Below, in pieces: positions 1 to 9,837 of a stretch of DNA of 64,000 bases (position 1 is the first letter of the stretch; each line of letters begins with the position of its first letter). This DNA comes from a virus. Both the position numbers and the translations under genes were made by a program. A model generated the notes under the pieces. It did no database searches. It saw only the letters and a program-made list of their open reading frames with translations, and was not told the origin of the DNA. The DNA lies in the IMG/VR virus record IMGVR_UViG_3300028392_000038, positions 51,973 through 115,972 of that record. One strand, written 5' to 3'.

Positions 1-2
1 AT

Positions 3-227
3 ATAGATAAGGTTAAACCGTATCAAAGGTTACAAGCGGTTTTATCAGATGGTAAATTTTCAAAAGATTTAAAACTAACTGATAGAGGATTATCTATAAT
101 AGATGATATATTAGATGGAGGTATAGAAAAAGAAACCTTTTGGATTAAAATTAAAAGCTTTTTTTTGAAAATAGACTCTAAGATATTTGTCAAACAAAAA
201 ATAGTTAATAATTTTCAAAAAAGATGA
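3..227 (+). CDS. hypothetical protein, 3' end only (runs off window)
   Basis: Open frame from position 3 (IDKVKPYQRL...) to TGA at 225-227. Confidence 0.6.
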   Translation: MDKVKPYQRLQAVLSDGKFSKDLKLTDRGLSIIDDILDGGIEKETFWIKIKSFFLKIDSKIFVKQKIVNNFQKR

Positions 228-247
228 GTAAATTCAAAAAAACAAAC

Positions 248-835
248 TCAAATGTCATAAACACCATTAAATTGGTGAAAATCTTCAAATCCATTAAGAG
301 AATCTCTGTGTCTTTGCCAATTTTCCCACATATTTAGTATAGGAGGTTTGGGTGGTAAATACTCACTCATTTGTCTTATTCTTTGATAATACATCATATC
401 TACATCTTTGAAAATATTATTCATTCTTTCCAAGGCAAATTTATTAGCGTCTTTTTCTAACTCAATATAAGATTTGAAAAATTCTTCTTTATCTTTTCTA
501 AATATTTCAGCATGAACATCATGACCTTCTCTTCTATATTGCATAACATGACCCATTTCATGAAATATTAAAAATATAACCATTGGGAATGTTTGTTCTG
601 TTAAGAACTGACTATTCACTACAACCGATTCATCTTTAAAATAATATCCAAAGAAATTTCTATTTAATTGTCTAAATTCAATTTTTACATCAGGATATTT
701 AGAAAGTTCCTCCAAGAAAGAAGGAATAAGTGTAGGGTATTTATTGGATATCCTATTTAAATAGACTTCTAACTCTTGTGGTATTTGATTATTATTCTCA
801 TTTTCAAAGATTTTATATCTTTTTAAGTATTTCAT
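248..835 (-). CDS. HExxH zinc metallopeptidase-like protein with N-terminal capsid-targeting-like tag
   Basis: HEMGH followed by E-x-x-A (ELEKDAN); N-terminus MKYLKRYKIFE. Confidence 0.65.
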   Translation of the reverse strand: MKYLKRYKIFENENNNQIPQELEVYLNRISNKYPTLIPSFLEELSKYPDVKIEFRQLNRNFFGYYFKDESVVVNSQFLTEQTFPMVIFLIFHEMGHVMQYRREGHDVHAEIFRKDKEEFFKSYIELEKDANKFALERMNNIFKDVDMMYYQRIRQMSEYLPPKPPILNMWENWQRHRDSLNGFEDFHQFNGVYDI

Positions 836-876
836 ATTAGTATTAATATTTAGAATATATCATGATGTTACATGTT

Positions 877-1584
877 TTAAGAAATCCAGATAAAATGATC
901 ATTTGATTCTTTTTCAAATTTATAATCACCTAAACAATCAGTTATTGTTTTAATTAGTTTTTCTTCAGTAAAAATATCAGACAATTTAGATTCAAATATA
1001 TCTTTATCTATTAATCTGGACAATTCAATAGAAATATCAGTAACTATTTCAAATTTACTTTTAGATATTTCATCATAAAGATGATCAAACATATTGTATT
1101 TAATTACATTTATTTCTTCTAAAGAATAAATTATAACATTACAATCTTGTTTTTCCCAATCAGAAATTTTGAATATGTGTTTATCAGAATCAACTGAATC
1201 AATATGACCTAAATTAGTATCAAAATAATCAGCCAAAACTTTTTCCATTTTTTGAGTTGATTTTTCAATTCCCTTATATAAACATTCTTTCATAGAATGA
1301 ATTTTGAATTCACTTGATTCAAATACTTTAAAAGATTCAAAAGTAATAACTCCATCTTTTTCCATAGCCTCTCTATCATCTAAAATATCTTTTAGAATTA
1401 CATCAGCTCTTTTAATATCTTTCATCTTGTTCTTTTCTAAAAATCTACTAAATCTTTCAGAACCAGGTTGTAAATATCTTTTAAGATTTGATGGTCTTAT
1501 TTTATGTTGTTCAGTATACTCATCAAGTAATCCATTTATTATTTGATAATACTTATTAACATCTTCTCTATTATTAATCGACAT
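877..1584 (-). CDS. hypothetical phage protein
   Basis: 235-aa ORF; internal ITFESFKVFES resembles the shared tag. Confidence 0.7.
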   Translation of the reverse strand: MSINNREDVNKYYQIINGLLDEYTEQHKIRPSNLKRYLQPGSERFSRFLEKNKMKDIKRADVILKDILDDREAMEKDGVITFESFKVFESSEFKIHSMKECLYKGIEKSTQKMEKVLADYFDTNLGHIDSVDSDKHIFKISDWEKQDCNVIIYSLEEINVIKYNMFDHLYDEISKSKFEIVTDISIELSRLIDKDIFESKLSDIFTEEKLIKTITDCLGDYKFEKESNDHFIWIS

Positions 1585-1870
1585 CTTGATTGTTATCTTT
1601 TTTCAAATCAAATAAGCTAACAGCTTCTTGATCCTCTTTTCTATCTTCTATATTAATACCTCTAACTTCAGCAATTTCATACCATTCATCTTCAGGTAAT
1701 TCTTCAATTTCAGTTGAACCACATTTACAAGATTTAGATTCTTTGTTAAATTCTTTCCAAATATTATCACACTCATCACATGAATAGTAACTAGTTAAAA
1801 AGTTTTTAGTAGTAACTGGAACCGTCTGTGAAAAGTCAAATGTTTCAAATTTTTTCAAATGTTTCATCAT
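1574..1870 (-). CDS. small Zn-ribbon protein with N-terminal tag
   Basis: CDEC...CKCGS; N-terminus MKHLKKFETF; TAATATATA upstream. Confidence 0.65.
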   Translation of the reverse strand: MMKHLKKFETFDFSQTVPVTTKNFLTSYYSCDECDNIWKEFNKESKSCKCGSTEIEELPEDEWYEIAEVRGINIEDRKEDQEAVSLFDLKKDNNQDVD

Positions 1871-2006
1871 TGTGAATATTATGTTTCATCTATATATTAA
1901 ATAATTTTTACTCTTTTTATTAAAAAACATTGGAAATTTTAAAACAAAGACATATATTTTTTATATATAATACTCAAATACAAAAAAAACAAAAAATAAA
2001 ATACCT

Positions 2007-2195
2007 ATGAAAAAAATCGCAATCGTATTATTCGCAGTAATCTCTTTAACATCTTGTGGTGGTGGAGAAGCTAAATGTGAAGGTAGTAACTGTGACTCAA
2101 CAGCAGTTGTAGCACCAGTAGCTGACTCTTTAGCTCCAGTAGCAGATACATTAGCAGTGGATACTACAGCAGTAGTTACTCCAACTGTTAAGTAA
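2007..2195 (+). CDS. small lipoprotein
   Basis: Signal peptide MKKIAIVLFAVISLTS-C (lipobox); Ala/Val/Pro/Thr-rich mature part with DST, DSL, DTL, DTT. Confidence 0.8.
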   Translation: MKKIAIVLFAVISLTSCGGGEAKCEGSNCDSTAVVAPVADSLAPVADTLAVDTTAVVTPTVK

Positions 2196-2220
2196 TTATT
2201 AACTACTTCCGAATGAAACT

Positions 2221-2249
2221 AAAAGAGAGAATTAAATTCTCTCTTTTTT
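2221..2249 (+). terminator. intrinsic terminator
   Basis: AAAAGAGAGAATT/AATTCTCTCTTTT inverted repeat with T-tract. Confidence 0.75.
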
Positions 2250-2287
2250 ATTTTTAAACTTATTCAAGTAAATTATAAATAATTAAT

Positions 2288-3013
2288 ATGAGAATTGAAT
2301 GCCAAGATAATTTAATATTTATGAAATCAATAGAAGATAATTCTATTGATGTTATTTATTGTGATATTCTATACGGAACCGGTAGAAAATTTTCAGACTA
2401 CCAAGATTTAAAACCAATCAAATCAGATATTGAAGAACACTATATACCTCGTATAAAAGAAATGCACCGTGTTCTAAAAGAAACAGGAACTATTTATCTT
2501 CAAATGGATACTAAAATAAATCATTGGATCCGTTGTATTATGGATGATATCTTTGGATATGAAATGATGAGAAATGAAATTATTTGGTTTTATAATACCG
2601 CACCAAGAAAGAAAATGGACTTTGGAAAAAGACATGATATAATTCTAAGATATACAAAATCAGATAATTATAAATTTAATCCACCAAGAGAACCTTATTC
2701 ACTATCAGCTCCAAGAGGATATGAAAAAGAAAAATACTACCATCCAGAAGGTAAAGTTATTGGTGATGTTTGGCAAATGAATATATTAGGTCAAAATGAT
2801 AAGAAAGAAAGAGTAGGGTATGATACTCAAAAACCTAAACAACTTATAGAAAGAATTATAACTTCATCTTCTGATGAAGGAGATACAATTGCTGATTTCT
2901 ACTTAGGAAGTGGAACAACAGCTTTAGTTGCTAAAGAATTAAATAGAGATTTTATTGGATGTGATATAAATCCAAAGGCAATTGAACTCACTAATCAAAG
3001 ATTAAATAAATAG
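2288..3013 (+). CDS. N4-C/N6-A DNA methyltransferase (beta class)
   Basis: IDVIYCDILY (DPPY position), RNEIIW, TQKP, SAM-binding DFYLGSGTT, GCDIN. Confidence 0.85.
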   Translation: MRIECQDNLIFMKSIEDNSIDVIYCDILYGTGRKFSDYQDLKPIKSDIEEHYIPRIKEMHRVLKETGTIYLQMDTKINHWIRCIMDDIFGYEMMRNEIIWFYNTAPRKKMDFGKRHDIILRYTKSDNYKFNPPREPYSLSAPRGYEKEKYYHPEGKVIGDVWQMNILGQNDKKERVGYDTQKPKQLIERIITSSSDEGDTIADFYLGSGTTALVAKELNRDFIGCDINPKAIELTNQRLNK

Positions 3014-3058
3014 ATTCTTCAATTTTATATATAGATTATATACTTTAATATATAATTT

Positions 3059-3961
3059 ATGAACTTAAAGCAAACAAGAGATTACTATAATAATAAACCC
3101 GTTGAATATGTGGTGAGAGAACATTATGAGTTAATTGAAGATAATGAGTATATTCCAAGATTTTCACTTAAAAATGTTAAAGACATCGCTGATATTCCTA
3201 TCAATGAGCCTATTAAATATACTGAAGAAGTTATAAAGAAGTGTATTAAGTATGGTATGGTTATATTAATAAACTATAAAGGTGAAAAAGATTCTCATTT
3301 TGCAGGACATGAAAGGGTTGTTTACCCTATGGTTCTTGGTAAATCAACACAAGGTAAAGTTCTTTTAAGAGGGTGGCACTTAAATGGTTGGTCTGTTTCA
3401 AATAAAAGACATATTAATAAAATCTGGCGTTTATTCAGAGCTGATAGAATTCTATCTGTTACTTTCACTGGTTCTTTTTACCGTTTACCTCCAGCTGGTT
3501 ATAATATGAATGACAAAGGAATGAGAGGTGGTATTATAGTAAAAGCTGACTTTGCTCAAATTAGAAAGAATCAACAAGATTTAGTTAATAAGAATAAAAT
3601 TCAAAATAGAGAAGAGGTTACTCTTGGAGATGAACAAAGAAAATTCATAACTATTAGAGTAAAAGAAACTGATACTAAATTAGATTTAATAAAACCATTT
3701 GAAAATGCTTATATCAATAATTCTAAAGATATGGCAAATGTTAGATTATCATTTCTTAAAAGTGTTTATGGAAATAAATATGTCGCTATATTAGGAGCAC
3801 TTGGTCAACCAGGTAATACTGTTAAAATATTAACAGATAAAGGTTCTCAATTAGGAGTTTATAAAGTATTAGATTCTATTACAGGTGAGGTACTAAAAAG
3901 CATTAAAAATGTAAAAGGAAACACTATTTATGATCTTTATCTGTTTGATAAAAAAGTTTAA
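3059..3961 (+). CDS. WYL-like domain protein
   Basis: Y...ERVVYPMVLG...LRGWH...WRLFRADRI pattern typical of WYL domains. Confidence 0.55.
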   Translation: MNLKQTRDYYNNKPVEYVVREHYELIEDNEYIPRFSLKNVKDIADIPINEPIKYTEEVIKKCIKYGMVILINYKGEKDSHFAGHERVVYPMVLGKSTQGKVLLRGWHLNGWSVSNKRHINKIWRLFRADRILSVTFTGSFYRLPPAGYNMNDKGMRGGIIVKADFAQIRKNQQDLVNKNKIQNREEVTLGDEQRKFITIRVKETDTKLDLIKPFENAYINNSKDMANVRLSFLKSVYGNKYVAILGALGQPGNTVKILTDKGSQLGVYKVLDSITGEVLKSIKNVKGNTIYDLYLFDKKV

Positions 3962-3983
3962 AAATAGAATTAATATATAGTTT

Positions 3984-5138
3984 ATGATACAGAATTTTAA
4001 TAATTTCATTAATGAGGAATTAAGAATAGATAAGTTAGATGATAAATCGCTTAATCAATTAAAGTTAAATTTAATGGATAGGTTATCAGAATATAGAACT
4101 TACATTCTTAATAACATAATTTATAATATGGCTACTAATAAAGTAGAGTATAAAGAATTTGAAAACATAGATATTGCAACTATATTAAGAGAACTTAATA
4201 ATGAATTCACAAATGAAGTTGTTCAAGATATGAACATAGAAACTTTTTTAAGAAAGTTAAATCAAATATTAGACCTTCAAAAAAGAAACACTAAAAGAAG
4301 AATAAGAGAAGAGTTTGATGAATATTATAATTCAATTGAACAAAGAGTTTCTAAAATATCTAGAGGTGAAGATGAAGAACATTTTGATGCGGTTGAAGGT
4401 GAAGACTCTTTAATAACTAGAAAACAATATGAAACTGAGAAGTTTGGACTACAAGTTGAATTGTTAAAATTACAAGAATGGGTAGTTAAAAATAAGAAAA
4501 AAGTGGCTATTGTATTTGAAGGAAGAGATGCTGCTGGTAAAGGATCTACTATTAAAAGATTTACAGAATACCTAAATCCAAGAGGATTTAAGATTGTAGC
4601 ACTTGGATTACCAACTGATGAAGAAAAGAAAAATTGGTTTGCGAGATATGAAAAATATATGCCTCAACCAGGTGAAATAGTTTTCTTTGACCGTTCTTGG
4701 CACAATCGATCAATTGTTGAGCCAGCGATGGGTTATTGTTCAGAAGAACAATATATTGACTTCATGAATAATGTAAATAAATGGGAGGATCACTTAGTGA
4801 AAGATGAAGATATTATCTTAATTAAGTTTTGGTTCTCTATCACTAAAGAAAAACAAGAGTTAAGATTTGATTTAAGAAAATCAAACCCATTAAAATATTG
4901 GAAGTTTTCTCCAAATGATGCTAAAGTAATTGATAAATGGGATATTATTGGTAAATATAAAAACCAAATGTTTAGTAAAAATTCAACACCTTTGTGTCCG
5001 TGGGTAATTATAAATAGTAACGATAAAAAGATAGGTAGATTAAATGCCATCAGATATGTACTGAGTGTTATTCCATATGATGGAAGAGATGAAAAATCTT
5101 GTGAATATTACCCAGAAGTTGTAAATATTTTAAAATAA
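3984..5138 (+). CDS. ppk2: polyphosphate kinase 2 with about 140-aa N-terminal extension
   Basis: FEGRDAAGKGSTIKR Walker A, LNPRG, FDRSWHNR, KYWKFSPND, PWVII. Confidence 0.93.
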   Translation: MIQNFNNFINEELRIDKLDDKSLNQLKLNLMDRLSEYRTYILNNIIYNMATNKVEYKEFENIDIATILRELNNEFTNEVVQDMNIETFLRKLNQILDLQKRNTKRRIREEFDEYYNSIEQRVSKISRGEDEEHFDAVEGEDSLITRKQYETEKFGLQVELLKLQEWVVKNKKKVAIVFEGRDAAGKGSTIKRFTEYLNPRGFKIVALGLPTDEEKKNWFARYEKYMPQPGEIVFFDRSWHNRSIVEPAMGYCSEEQYIDFMNNVNKWEDHLVKDEDIILIKFWFSITKEKQELRFDLRKSNPLKYWKFSPNDAKVIDKWDIIGKYKNQMFSKNSTPLCPWVIINSNDKKIGRLNAIRYVLSVIPYDGRDEKSCEYYPEVVNILK

Positions 5139-6046
5139 TGGATAAAAGAATATTATCATTTGATAAGTTCAAATTACATTGTAACGACATATTTAATAAT
5201 AAATATGATTATACTAAATCAGAGTATCTAGGGATGAAACACCCTATAGAAATAATATGTCCTATACATGGAGAGTTCACACAAAAGGCACATAGTCACT
5301 ATTTGGGACATCACTGTTTTAAATGCTCAGGTAATAAAAAGTTAAAAAATGAGGAAATAATAGAACAATTTGTTAAAAAACATGGAGGTAGATATGACTA
5401 CTCAAAAGTAAATTATGTAAATAATAAAACGAGAGTTGAAATAGTATGTAAAATACACGGATCTTTCTACCAATCACCATATGAACATAAAAATGGACAA
5501 GGTTGTCCAAATTGTATTAAAAATAGGAAATTAGATAATAACATGTTTATAGAATTGGCTAATGATGTACACGATTTTAAATATAAATATAGTGATGATT
5601 ATTTTAATAGTAAAACAAAGGTAAATATTATCTGTTCAAAACATGGTGAATTTAAGATGACGCCAAATCATCACATAAGGGGACAAGGTTGTCCAAATTG
5701 CAAAAGTTCATTAGGTGAACTACTGGTTAGAAAATATTTAACTGATAATAAGATTAATTATGAAAGACAGAAGCTCTTTAAAGATTTGGTTAATAGTAAT
5801 AAAAGACATTTATTTTTTGACTTCTATTTAACAGATCATAATATCTGTATAGAATATGATGGTATACAACACTTTCAACCAGTTGTCGCATTTGGTGGTC
5901 AAAATTCATTTAATAAAATTTTAAAAAATAATGAAATAAAAAATAAATATTGTCTAATTAATAATATAAAGCTAATAAGGATACCATATTTTAAAATAAA
6001 GGAGATTAAAAATATTCTAGATATAGAAATTAATATAAAAAATTAA
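5138..6046 (+). CDS. free-standing homing endonuclease (CxxHG/GCPxC Zn repeats plus Vsr-like domain)
   Basis: Three C-x-x-HG-x-F...H-x-x-G-x-x-C-x-x-C repeats; C-terminal FDFYL...IEYDGIQHF...LIRIPY. Confidence 0.8.
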   Translation: MDKRILSFDKFKLHCNDIFNNKYDYTKSEYLGMKHPIEIICPIHGEFTQKAHSHYLGHHCFKCSGNKKLKNEEIIEQFVKKHGGRYDYSKVNYVNNKTRVEIVCKIHGSFYQSPYEHKNGQGCPNCIKNRKLDNNMFIELANDVHDFKYKYSDDYFNSKTKVNIICSKHGEFKMTPNHHIRGQGCPNCKSSLGELLVRKYLTDNKINYERQKLFKDLVNSNKRHLFFDFYLTDHNICIEYDGIQHFQPVVAFGGQNSFNKILKNNEIKNKYCLINNIKLIRIPYFKIKEIKNILDIEINIKN

Positions 6047-6095
6047 TATATAATAAAATAAAGGTTATTAACCTAGAAAAAATAAATATAATAAA

Positions 6096-6680
6096 ATGAG
6101 TATTAAATCATTCGATTCATTTAATGAAAAAAAATGGATACAAGACGCGATTAAAAATCCAGGAGCATTGAAAAAGTCAATGGGTAAAGGTGAAGATGAG
6201 AAACTTACTAAAGCTGAAATAGAATCTGAGTTAAAAGAACTTAAAGCTAAAGATAAAGATCCTAAAAAACCAGGAGCTCAATTAGGTAAAAAAGATGCTA
6301 CTAAAAAAAGAAGATTAGAGTTAGCTAAAACCTTAAGATCATTCAAAGAACACCAAGAAACAGATAATTATATGTTCTTTGGTAATTTAGAAACTATGAA
6401 AAGATTAGTTGATGAGTTATTAGAAATGGATCATTCACAAATTGACTCTATCTTAAATGAACATGATTGGGCATCTGACCATATTTCAGTAGCTACTGAA
6501 AACCTAGAACAAGTATTTGATTTCTTAGCAGGACATAATTTACCAGATGGTGAAATGGAACATGAAATGGAAGAACATGAAGAAGAACACCACGAAGAAG
6601 AACACCACGAAGAAGAGGAAGAACACGAAGAGGAAGAAGAAAATGGTGGTTTAATGAAATTCGGAGAATTCGGATCTTAA
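6096..6680 (+). CDS. putative internal head protein with His/Glu-rich tail
   Basis: N-terminus MSIKSFDSFNE; KWIQDAIKNPGAL module; EHEEEHH repeats; C-terminus MKFGEFGS. Confidence 0.6.
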   Translation: MSIKSFDSFNEKKWIQDAIKNPGALKKSMGKGEDEKLTKAEIESELKELKAKDKDPKKPGAQLGKKDATKKRRLELAKTLRSFKEHQETDNYMFFGNLETMKRLVDELLEMDHSQIDSILNEHDWASDHISVATENLEQVFDFLAGHNLPDGEMEHEMEEHEEEHHEEEHHEEEEEHEEEEENGGLMKFGEFGS

Positions 6681-6699
6681 AAAAAAATAAATAAAACAA

Positions 6700-7287
6700 A
6701 TGTCATACACAAGAGAACAAATACAATCTGCTATTTTAGCAAAAGGATATCTTTGGTTTGAAGATGATTCAAAGGGTCCAAACATTGTTGGGGTCAGAAA
6801 CTCAGCAACTGGTCAAGTGGTAACAAACGCATTTGATGATACTTTAACAATATCTTATAAAGAAAATGGTGAATGGAAATTTAATTCTTGGCCAGCAACT
6901 ACTGACCCTGGTAAAAAAGGTGTTTTAGAATACCACAATGCTGCTGGTGTTGCTAGATTAGTTGAAGGTCAATATATCGGATCACATGGAATTGGATTAC
7001 ACCAAGGAAAATATGAAGCTCTTAGACAAGCAAAAAATGTTAAAGTTTATAGAGATGCTAATAAGGACTTAACTTATAATGAGGATAAAACACAAGAAGG
7101 TGTTTTTGGTATTAATATTCATAAGGCTGGAGCTGATTCTACCTATGTAGAAAACTGGTCAGAAGGATGTCAAGTATTCAAAAAATCTGCCGACTTTGAT
7201 GCGTTTATGATTATATGTAATAAGTTCAAATCTAAAAATGGTAACTCATTTACTTATACTTTAATTGAATCATCTGATATAAAATAA
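6700..7287 (+). CDS. L,D-transpeptidase/peptidase-like cell-wall enzyme (paralog of the gp5 C-terminal domain)
   Basis: GINIHKAG...NWSEGCQV (His...S-x-G-C); colinear with the end of ORF 33314-34918. Confidence 0.6.
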   Translation: MSYTREQIQSAILAKGYLWFEDDSKGPNIVGVRNSATGQVVTNAFDDTLTISYKENGEWKFNSWPATTDPGKKGVLEYHNAAGVARLVEGQYIGSHGIGLHQGKYEALRQAKNVKVYRDANKDLTYNEDKTQEGVFGINIHKAGADSTYVENWSEGCQVFKKSADFDAFMIICNKFKSKNGNSFTYTLIESSDIK

Positions 7288-7300
7288 TTAAAACATAATA

Positions 7301-7329
7301 AAAAAGACCTCTCATTTGGGAGGTTTTTT
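7301..7329 (+). terminator. intrinsic terminator
   Basis: GACCTCTC-ATTT-GGGAGGTT with T-tract. Confidence 0.7.
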
Positions 7330-7375
7330 GTTTTTAAATAACTAAACAAAAGTTGATATTTAAGATACAAAATAA

Positions 7376-7786
7376 ATGGAAGAGCTGGATAGATTTTTAC
7401 ATTTCTTATTAGAGAATATAGATGATAGAAGAGTGCATATTTCTAAGAAAGTAAAATATGGGTTCCAACATTTCTATCTAACATTTAATATAGACCAGGT
7501 AGATAAAGATGGACAAAAGTTGTATCACAATAACATACTATCTATTACAATAGATAACAGAAATAATTGTATTGATATAGATTCAGAGATAAATGGTAAG
7601 TCTATTGTTATAGAAGATGAAGAGTTTGTTAGAAGGTGGTCTACTATCTTAGATGAATTTTTAAGTAGAGAGATTACTCAAAAGATATCTGGTATTATAG
7701 ATATAACTCTAAGCTCTTGTGAGAATAAGAATTTACACAGAGATTATAAAATGAAAAAAATATTTAAAGACGATGAATCTATATAA
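7376..7786 (+). CDS. hypothetical protein with C-terminal RDYKMKKIF tag variant
   Basis: 136-aa ORF overlapping the next gene. Confidence 0.65.
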   Translation: MEELDRFLHFLLENIDDRRVHISKKVKYGFQHFYLTFNIDQVDKDGQKLYHNNILSITIDNRNNCIDIDSEINGKSIVIEDEEFVRRWSTILDEFLSREITQKISGIIDITLSSCENKNLHRDYKMKKIFKDDESI

Positions 7787-8267
7787 TCAAGAAGAAGTAG
7801 ATAGAATTAATAAAGTTAAAGATACCAATGATAAATTAGAAGATTTCTTTAATGGAAAAAGAGGAGAGTGGAATAAAATTGTTGAACCACTTTTTAAAGT
7901 TCTCACTACCGATTTATCTAATCCTTCAAATTCTAAACACATATTAGAAGCTCAGTCTTTAGCTCTAACACATAGACAACAGATTAATGAACAGATTAAT
8001 TTCTTCTTAAATAAAAGAAGTAAGGAGACTACTAAGATTAAGAAATTAAGACAAGATAAGTTTGTATTTTATGCTACTGGATTTGGAATCAAAACAAACT
8101 TGGGTGAAAAAGGAATTCTTATTGACGGTCACTTAGCAGAAAATGATAGATCATTGGAACTAATAGAATCTTATATTGAATTCCTAAGAGATACTGTGAG
8201 AAATTTAGAAAGTTTATCTTATTCAATTAAGAATATGATTGAGTTATTGAATTACTTAGGTAAGTAA
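7773..8267 (+). CDS. UvsY-like recombination mediator
   Basis: Helical protein ending IEFLRDTVRNLESLSYSIKNMIE, like the UvsY C-terminus. Confidence 0.55.
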   Translation: MNLYNQEEVDRINKVKDTNDKLEDFFNGKRGEWNKIVEPLFKVLTTDLSNPSNSKHILEAQSLALTHRQQINEQINFFLNKRSKETTKIKKLRQDKFVFYATGFGIKTNLGEKGILIDGHLAENDRSLELIESYIEFLRDTVRNLESLSYSIKNMIELLNYLGK

Positions 8268-9394
8268 TGCTTAACTTCTATTCCAAGCTTTTTAAGTTCT
8301 TCATGTCCTTGGCAACAATCATCACAAAGTTCATCTTTACCATATGAACCAGGATAAACTAAATTCATGTATAATTTACCGTTGCAACGATCACAAGGAT
8401 CACATTCACCTGTTACAGAATGTAACATATAATCACCCTCACTTGGTAGGTTAGAAAGTAGTTTTTTCTTTTCATCTAAGAAACACATAGTATCAATAAA
8501 TGGATAATGTTTAAAGTCACCATCTAATTTAACAGTTACCTCACCAAAGACATCTTTGCCCTTATATACAAATAAAACATTGTTTTCAATATATGAGTTC
8601 ATTTTCTTTTTATATAGGAACCCATTATCTTCAGCGAATTTCTTAAATCTTAATTCATCAGAATCACGATTAACATAAACTCTGTCCATGAAATACTTAG
8701 CCTCACAAGGAGAACTTTTTAATTTCCAAACAATAGCTCTTCCGTGTATCATATCATCTTTATCTACATAAATAAGCAATTGAACCTTTGATTCATTTTC
8801 TGTATAAATATCAAATGTTTTCTTACTCTCATCCGACATACAAGATCCACCTAAACTACCAGATCTACTAAAGTATTTTTTCTCATTATAATATTTTGCA
8901 ATATCAGATCCTTTAACTAATTTGAATGACATAGAAGTATCTATTTTAGATGCTTTGAAAGCATTAACAAAGTTTTCTATATCTTTATCTTTAACATCAT
9001 CAAGATCACCACTATCATCATTGATTAAATCAACAAGATATTTAATTATCTTTCCAATTTTAACCTCGTTTCTACCTTTCATTGTATATGGTAGGGAAGC
9101 ATCATCATCCGGATCCCAATCTTCAGGAACCTTAGTATTCATTATAAATGATAACTTATCATTTGAATCAGTTAGATCAAAATAGTTTTGTTTAACATCA
9201 GAATCATCAAAATAATTCTGATCATCAATAATATCAATAATAGCTTGTGATATTTCACCTACTTTACCTTTTTCTTTTGAAAGGTTTTGTAACTTAAACA
9301 TGAAATCGGATGACCCATAAATTTCAGCTTCTAAAAGTAATAATAAATTACTCTTGAAACTCTCTAACAAAAAACTATTGTATTTCTTAATCAT
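8252..9394 (-). CDS. conserved phage protein (SCM / GRAxxW / MDRxY family) with N-terminal tag
   Basis: GSCMS, GRAIVWKL, FMDRVY, YPFIDT shared with 23219-25108; C-terminal CxxC pairs; N-terminus MIKKYNSFLLE. Confidence 0.7.
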   Translation of the reverse strand: MIKKYNSFLLESFKSNLLLLLEAEIYGSSDFMFKLQNLSKEKGKVGEISQAIIDIIDDQNYFDDSDVKQNYFDLTDSNDKLSFIMNTKVPEDWDPDDDASLPYTMKGRNEVKIGKIIKYLVDLINDDSGDLDDVKDKDIENFVNAFKASKIDTSMSFKLVKGSDIAKYYNEKKYFSRSGSLGGSCMSDESKKTFDIYTENESKVQLLIYVDKDDMIHGRAIVWKLKSSPCEAKYFMDRVYVNRDSDELRFKKFAEDNGFLYKKKMNSYIENNVLFVYKGKDVFGEVTVKLDGDFKHYPFIDTMCFLDEKKKLLSNLPSEGDYMLHSVTGECDPCDRCNGKLYMNLVYPGSYGKDELCDDCCQGHEELKKLGIEVKHYLPK

Positions 9395-9443
9395 ATAACT
9401 AAATAATTTTGATTACATATATATAAAAAATTAAATATCATAA

Positions 9444-9818
9444 ATGAAATTACCAAAATTTATTCTTAAAAAAGATTGGAATATAGAACCTGAATTTGCC
9501 GGTATAAAAAATAAAATACTAATATTTAGTAAAGGTAAAGTATTTGAGGCGGATGATAATGGTGATTACATTATTGAATCACTTTATGGTAGAATGGTAT
9601 CAGATGTTGAAGGTATGAAATCAGCTAATGATAATGGTGATATTCTTTTTGATATAATAGAAGAAAAGAAAGATATTGAAATTAAAGTTGAAGAAGTATC
9701 TGATAATGATGAAGAAATAATTAAAAACTGGAGGATCCAATTAGATGTTAAGACTTCAAGAAAGAAGTTAAAGGAAATTGAAAAAATCATCAATGAAAAA
9801 GTAAAAGAAATATTATAA
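9444..9818 (+). CDS. hypothetical protein
   Basis: 124-aa ORF. Confidence 0.65.
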   Translation: MKLPKFILKKDWNIEPEFAGIKNKILIFSKGKVFEADDNGDYIIESLYGRMVSDVEGMKSANDNGDILFDIIEEKKDIEIKVEEVSDNDEEIIKNWRIQLDVKTSRKKLKEIEKIINEKVKEIL

Positions 9819-9826
9819 TTTATCCG

Positions 9827-9834
9827 TATATTTG
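9827..9834 (+). promoter_or_regulatory. Bacteroidota-type -7 promoter element TATATTTG
   Basis: Matches TAnnTTTG; 3 nt before ATG at 9838. Confidence 0.65.
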
Positions 9835-9837
9835 TAT

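Noticed and set aside
6560-6641. GAAGAACAC-type repeats as a regulatory DNA repeat
   Set aside because: Explained by the in-frame His/Glu-rich protein tail.
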